Below, piece after piece: positions 57,680-64,000 of a stretch of DNA of 64,000 bases. The notes below the pieces were generated by a model, which had not been told where the DNA came from, did no database searches, and was given only the letters and a program-made list of their open reading frames with translations. The DNA lies in assembly GCF_009914755.1 (NCBI RefSeq), contig NC_060928.1. One strand, written 5' to 3'. This DNA is from the human T2T-CHM13v2.0 reference genome, Homo sapiens. The translations under genes were made by a program, and so were the position numbers. Numbering within the stretch: position 1 is the first letter of the stretch; every line of letters starts with the position of its first letter.

Positions 57680-58600
57680 TTTTATTGAAATATAATTTAC
57701 ATACCATAAAAATTCACCATTTTTAGCTGTATACTTCAGTGGTTTCAGTATATTCATTATGTTCTGCAACCATCACCACTATCTGATTGCAAAACATTTC
57801 CGTCAACCCAAAAAGAAACCCTGTACTTATTAGCAGTCAGCCCCAATTTTCTCCATCCCCCATTCCCTGGCAACCACTGTCTACTTTCTGTGTCTATGGT
57901 TTTGCCTATTCTGGATATTTCGCCTAAATGGAATCATACAATATGTGACCTTTTGTGTCTGGCTTCTTTCACTTAGCATAATGTTCTCAGGAGTCCTATC
58001 AGTACTTCATTCTTTCTTATAGCCGAGTAATATTCTATTTTATGGCCGTACCGCATCTTGTTTATCCATTTATCAGCTGATGGACATTTGGGCTGTTTCC
58101 ACTTTATGGCTATTACGAATAGTGGTGTTGTGAACATTTATGTACAAGTTTTTATGTGAACATGTGTTTTATTTTTCTTTTTAAAAAATTTTCTAATCAT
58201 ATAGTCTTGACATATTGAGATACTACAAACACTATTTGGTTATTTGGTAGCATTACAGAGTAAAGTTTACTTATATATAGGAAATATATATGTAAGAATG
58301 AATTTGGGGGTTATGATTTATGATTCATAGCAAAATTACCTATTGTTGTGAACATGTTTCACTTCTCTTGGGTGTACACCTAGTAGTGGAATTGCTGGGT
58401 TGTACGGTAATTTTATGTTAACTTTTTTAGGAACTGCCAAACTTTTTCACACTAGCTGCATGGTATTACAATCCCACCAGCAGTATATTAGGATTCTAAT
58501 ATCTCTGCATCCTTGTGTTACATGTTACTTGGTTTTTCATCATTTATAGCCATCGTAGAGGATATGAAGTGGTATTTCATTGTGGTTTTGATTTGGTTTT
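57680..58600 (-). mobile_element. L1MB-like fragment
   Basis: tattgaaatataatttacataccataaaaattcacc...atggaatcatacaatatgtgaccttttgtgtctggcttctttcacttagc. Confidence 0.8.
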
Positions 58601-59462
58601 CAATATACTCTTGCAACATAATTTAAGTGTATTTGTTCTGTAATTGTTTCATGATTTGCTTAGCCAGTTTCTCTCCTTGACCTTTAGGTCATTTCCATAT
58701 TTTTGTAAGAAATTTTTGGTAATTGAATTTCATTAGTATGGGCTTTTTTTCTCGGTGGTTATATCAGAGAAATATAATCAGCTTGTTCACCTAGCCTTTT
58801 GTACCTGTTTTTTAGTATCTGTTCAGTTGTCCCTGAATAGTGGTGGCATTTATGAACTTTGTCACTGCTCAAGGCACGCACCATACAAAATACACAATCA
58901 GCTATGGTGTCTGGCCAGAAAGACTTGATGTCTAAAATTAGACATTTGGAGACTGGTTAGAGGCATAGGGAAAAGACAGGAACATAGTAGATCAACTCTG
59001 ATATAATGTAAGGAATGTGGGAGGTGTTTTCAGGGTCTGGTGTCTTATACGGTGTTGAAGTCTTGAAGATAAATCAGGCATTGGCACCCAAGCTGCACTC
59101 TGGTACATTCTGTGCTGTGGAGGAAAGTGCATTTCTTGGCTATGAGATGGCAGTGATTTGATCTCCTGAAGCTCAAATTCCCATGTCAGGAAACTGACCT
59201 ACAAACCCAGGACTACGGGGGTCTTAATGACTTCCATGGCAGAATTCTCTGTGGCTAGTAATCAAGATAGTTTCTGAAGCTGGCACAATTCCCTCGTTTG
59301 TAAAATGGTGTTAATTATTTTTTGTTTAACCTTTTATAAATGTTGTAATGAGGACAGAATTACACTCTTTTTCAAGTGCTACATAAATGTCCATGGTCTT
59401 CATAATTGGAAACATTCTGATTCTTTAGAGGCAACAGAACAGTTTGGTTAAGAGGACAAGAC

Positions 59463-59773
<311 letters not shown>

Positions 59774-60534
59774 TTAGACTGCCTGAGATCAAATTCCAAT
59801 TCCATGTAAGTCTCAATCTCTTAGTTTCCTCATCTTTGTTAAAAAAAAAAAAAAAAAAAAGGCGGGGGGCTAATAATAGTACCTACCTCACAAGGTTGCC
59901 GAACACTTAGTGCCTGGCATATAGAAAGAACTCTGGAGATGTTTGTTAAACTTGGTGATAGAGTGTCCACCCAGTGTGTCTGAGAAGGAAATATGTAGGA
60001 AAAGTTCACAAATGAAAAATGGTTTTAAATAAGAACCAGGTCGTTGTGGCTGTACGATTGTAAGTTTCGTCTTAGACATGTTACGTATGAAGGTTCTTTG
60101 AACATTCAAGTGGAGGTGTTAAGTAGGCAGATAAATTTGATATATAGGACTGGCACTTACAGGATAGATCAGATATATTTAGATCATAATTGAAACTGTA
60201 AGCATGTATATAACTGCCTGGGGAGCGTAGAGTTGAGAGTTAGAAAATACGTAGCCTTGAGGAACTCCAACATTTAATGGCTAACTGGAATATGTTGGGT
60301 CTGCAAAAGAGTCTAAGAAGAAATGCTCCCTTAAGTGAGAGCTGTTTGGGTGGAGAAATGGGTGGGAAGCCATAATGGGGAGGGTTGAGCTATACGTGGG
60401 AAATGAAGTGGAGATGGCAAGGACAGACATCTCTTTCAAGATGTTTGTTCGTGAGGGAGAGAAGAGAGATGGGAAAGGAGATACCTAGAGCAGGATATGG
60501 AAGCAAGTTTTGTTTTGCGTTTACAAGTTAGTAT

Positions 60535-60584
60535 CTCTGTCTCTCTCTCTCTGTCTCTCTCTCTTTCACTCTCTCTCTCTCTCT

Positions 60585-60617
<33 letters not shown>
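60535..60617. repeat. Compound microsatellite (TC)n-(CA)n-(GA)n
   Basis: Direct reading. Confidence 0.95.
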
Positions 60618-61164
60618 TTTTTAAGTATCATTCACATAGAACCTGTAACTTTTTTTTTGAATCTGTAACTTTAACAGCTTCTAGCTAAATATGTCTATAA
60701 AGTCTCCAACTGAGGTCCCTAAGCAGACTTATGCAACTATGCACCATACAAGTATAGACTAATGGAAGAGGCATTATCCTTTTATTTGTAGAAACTCATA
60801 AATGGTATTCCTGGGGAGATTTGATCATCTTATTTTTTGATCCATAAGCCAGAGTACAGGGTTCTAATGTAGTTCACTTGAATATTTTGCCAGGTTCTGT
60901 GCTAGGTGTGTAGGATTCAAAGATAAAAACGATACAGACCGTACCCTTAAGGATCTAACAGTATAATACATATATTCCTAGCATGAAATAATACAAAAAA
61001 ACCACATCACACTGGAGAAAGACCTTATGAAAAAATAATAATAACCACGGCATGTTAAAGACTTGATATGTGCCAGGCATGGGGCAGAGGGCTTTGCATA
61101 TGTTCATTACATAATTTAATTCTCACAGCCATCCCACAGTTAAATACTATTTCCTCCACTTTGT

Positions 61165-61473
61165 CTTCCTTTTTTAATTTATTTTTTATTTTTTGAGATG
61201 GAGTTTTGCTCTTTTGCCCAGGCTGGAGTGCTGTGGTGCAGTCTCCGCTCCCTGCAACCTCCGCCTTCTGGTTTCAAGCGATTCTCCTGCCTCAGCTTCC
61301 TAAGTAGCTGGGATTACAGGCGCCTGCCACTACGCTCAGCTAATTTTTGTATTTTTAGTAGAGATGGGGTTTCATCATGTTAGCCAGGCTGGTCTTGAAC
61401 TCCTGACCTCATGATCTGCCCGCCTCGGCCTCCCAGAGTGCTGGGATTACAGACATGAGCCACTGCACCTGGC
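61165..61473 (-). mobile_element. AluS
   Basis: Antisense dimer. Confidence 0.9.
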
Positions 61474-62489
61474 CTTTTATCCTAATTTTTTTTAAAATTG
61501 AAAACTTGAGGATTAGAAATGTCAAGTAACTTTCCCATACCTAGTTAGTAACAAATGGGATTTGAACTCTGATCTGCCTGGCTTCAAAGTGGTGTTAATT
61601 ACATTACACCACCCTGCTTCTTATGTTATGTGAACATATGTATATGTATAATTTAGTTGTATGTGGTATTATGCCTCTTCAGTTGTATGTGACTGAAATA
61701 CAGTTCAAACTAGCTGAAGCAAACAGGGAATTTATTGATTCTTACAACTGGTGAAGAGTACAGTTAGGCCCAGCGTCTAAAGTATGTTTTCGGGTCCTCA
61801 TCTCTACCTCTCAGCTCAGCAAGCCTTATTTGTTGCTTTATTTTAAGACAGAATTCTCCATGGGACTAAAGAATAACTGTTGGAAGCCCTAGGCCAATAT
61901 TATCCTTAGAGCTTACAGCTTTAGAGGAAGAAAGATCCATTTTTTTCCTCTGGGAGCTCTGATTGCTAGACTTTAGATCACCTGCTTATCCAGGAGGTGC
62001 AAAATCATTTCTACCCAGGCCATATGGACAAGGGAGGGGGCAACCCCAAAGGAAAAGGGTAATGTTTGTCATTATGTGTTATAGATCATGAATAATATTT
62101 TGCATATGATACTTCAAATTCCCAACAGCCTTGAAGGGTTGAAGAAATCTAGCTAAGATGTTCAAAGCCAGGACTGCCACCCATTTCTTTAGCTTCACAT
62201 CCATTGTTCTTTGCTCTGTGCCATAATGTCCAGATAAATGAGCTACAGGCACAATCTCACCCATACCTCTCACCCACTGACATTTACTCTTTCACACAAA
62301 TATGGCACAGCTGAGAAAAGTTATCAATAGCAATGGAATATACTTCCTGCATAAAAACCTACCCAAAATTGGTTATAAGTCAGGCGAGAATTTTGGCAAG
62401 GGATGAGAAGGTGGGGGTAATAATGTGAGAGAAAATGATATTCACTGAATTTCTTATTTCAAGAGTATTAATTTCTTTTTCCTTTGAAG

Positions 62490-63201
62490 GTGAAGGCTGA
62501 AGTGTTAGACATGGCAGATAATGCATTTGATGATGAATACCTGAAATGTACGGACAGGATGGAAATTAAATACGTTCCCCAACTGCTAAAGGAGGAAAAA
62601 GCAAGCCACCAGCAATTAGATACTGTGTGGGAAAATGCAAAAGCCAAATGGGCAGCCCGAAAGACTCAAATCTTTCTCCCTATGAATTTTAAGGATAACC
62701 ATGGAATAGCCCTGATGGCATATATTTCCGAAGCTCAAGAGCAAACTCCCTTTTACCATCTGTTCAGTGAAGCTGTGAAGATGGCTGGCCAATCTCGAGA
62801 AGATTATATCTATGGCTTCCAGTTCAAAGCTTTCCACTTTTACCTCACAAGAGCCCTGCAGTTGCTGAGAAAACCTTGTGAGGCCAGTTCCAAAACTGTG
62901 GTATATAGAACAAGCCAGGGCACTTCATTTACATTTGGAGGGCTAAACCAAGCCAGGTTTGGCCATTTTACCTTGGCATATTCAGCCAAACCTCAGGCTG
63001 CTAATGACCAGCTCACTGTGTTATCCATCTACACATGCCTTGGAGTTGACATTGAAAATTTTCTTGATAAAGAAAGTGAAAGAATTACTTTAATACCTCT
63101 GAATGAGGTTTTTCAAGTGTCACAGGAGGGGGCTGGCAATAACCTTATCCTTCAAAGCATAAACAAGACCTGCAGCCATTATGAGTGTGCATTTCTAGGT
63201 G
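62490..63201 (+). CDS. ART3: ART3 (ecto-ADP-ribosyltransferase 3, ARTC3) catalytic-domain exon; gene continues beyond the window
   Basis: Acceptor TTTCCTTTGAAG; VKAEVLDMADNAFDDEYLKC...FKAFHFYLTRALQLL...CSHYECAFLG; donor G|GTAAGT; 712 nt. LDMAxNAFDD and FHFYLTRAL are ecto-ART family motifs. Confidence 0.97.
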
Positions 63202-63414
63202 GTAAGTGTCTGCTCTGTCTGTGCTTGGCTGGGAGGGAAGGAGTGGGATTCTTAGGCTTAGGGAAAGGTCAGTGAAAGGAGAGTGAGAGGTGTTTGAAAG
63301 GTGAAATGACATTCCGTCTAGCTTCTTTCATACTATCTCTTTACCCATAGTTAATTTTATGAAAATTGTACATTTACAGTATTATTAAAAGTTAAAAAAA
63401 ATTAGCACTATAAG

Positions 63415-63630
63415 GCAGTGGTTCTTAACCAAAGGCAGTTTTGCCCTGCAGGGTCATTTGGCAATGGTCAGAAACATTTTTGGTTGTCACAGTTGGGGAA
63501 AAGGGGGATTGCTACTGACATCTAATGGGTAGAGGCCAGAAACACTGATAGACAATGCATAGGACAGCCCCACACAACAAAGAATTATATGGCCCAAAAT
63601 GTTGGTAGTGCTGATGTTGAGAGACCCTAC
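63415..63630 (+). mobile_element. MER20-like hAT-Charlie fossil
   Basis: cagtggttcttaacc..ttttgccc..catttggcaatg..ttttggttgtcaca..tgctactgacatcta..gggtagaggcca. Confidence 0.8.
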
Positions 63631-63654
63631 TATAAGGCTTACAATAAATAAATA

Positions 63655-63922
<268 letters not shown>

Positions 63923-64000
63923 TCAGTGGCATCCAGTTTTCATTCTTTTAGCTATTTCTTCAGGTGCTTACTGTCATGTTTCCAAGTAAATAACATGCTT

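Noticed and set aside
62484-63275. 263-aa ORF as a stand-alone gene
   Set aside because: It starts at a TTG in the acceptor and runs past the donor. The real unit is the ART3 exon 62490-63201.

Overview
This is primate DNA, almost certainly the human CXCL10-CXCL11-ART3 locus (4q21.1, recognised from the encoded proteins). The minus strand carries two complete 4-exon interferon-inducible chemokine genes: CXCL10 (CDS 4092->2591, 98 aa) and CXCL11 (CDS 16648->15454, 94 aa). It also carries an RPL36 processed pseudogene just upstream of CXCL11 and an 8.7 kb HERV9/LTR12 provirus (23195-31883; two LTRs, tRNA-Arg PBS, 4-bp TSD, decayed gag-pro-pol, env TM remnant). The plus strand carries the 5' part of ART3: a non-coding first exon, the signal-peptide exon and the large catalytic-domain exon. 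The rest is mostly Alu, L1, L2, MaLR/ERV solo LTRs and DNA transposon fossils. I found no wholly new gene system. The best leads are (i) a ~189 bp GAS-containing direct repeat in both the CXCL11 promoter and its 3' UTR, bracketing the CDS, (ii) a dense GAS/ISRE/kB cluster about 5 kb upstream of CXCL10, (iii) an LTR12 promoter aimed at CXCL11, whose exon 1 has internal splice acceptors, and (iv) several clear mutational-mechanism signatures. Repeat subfamily names come from remembered consensus sequences, and repeat boundaries are approximate unless a TSD is given.
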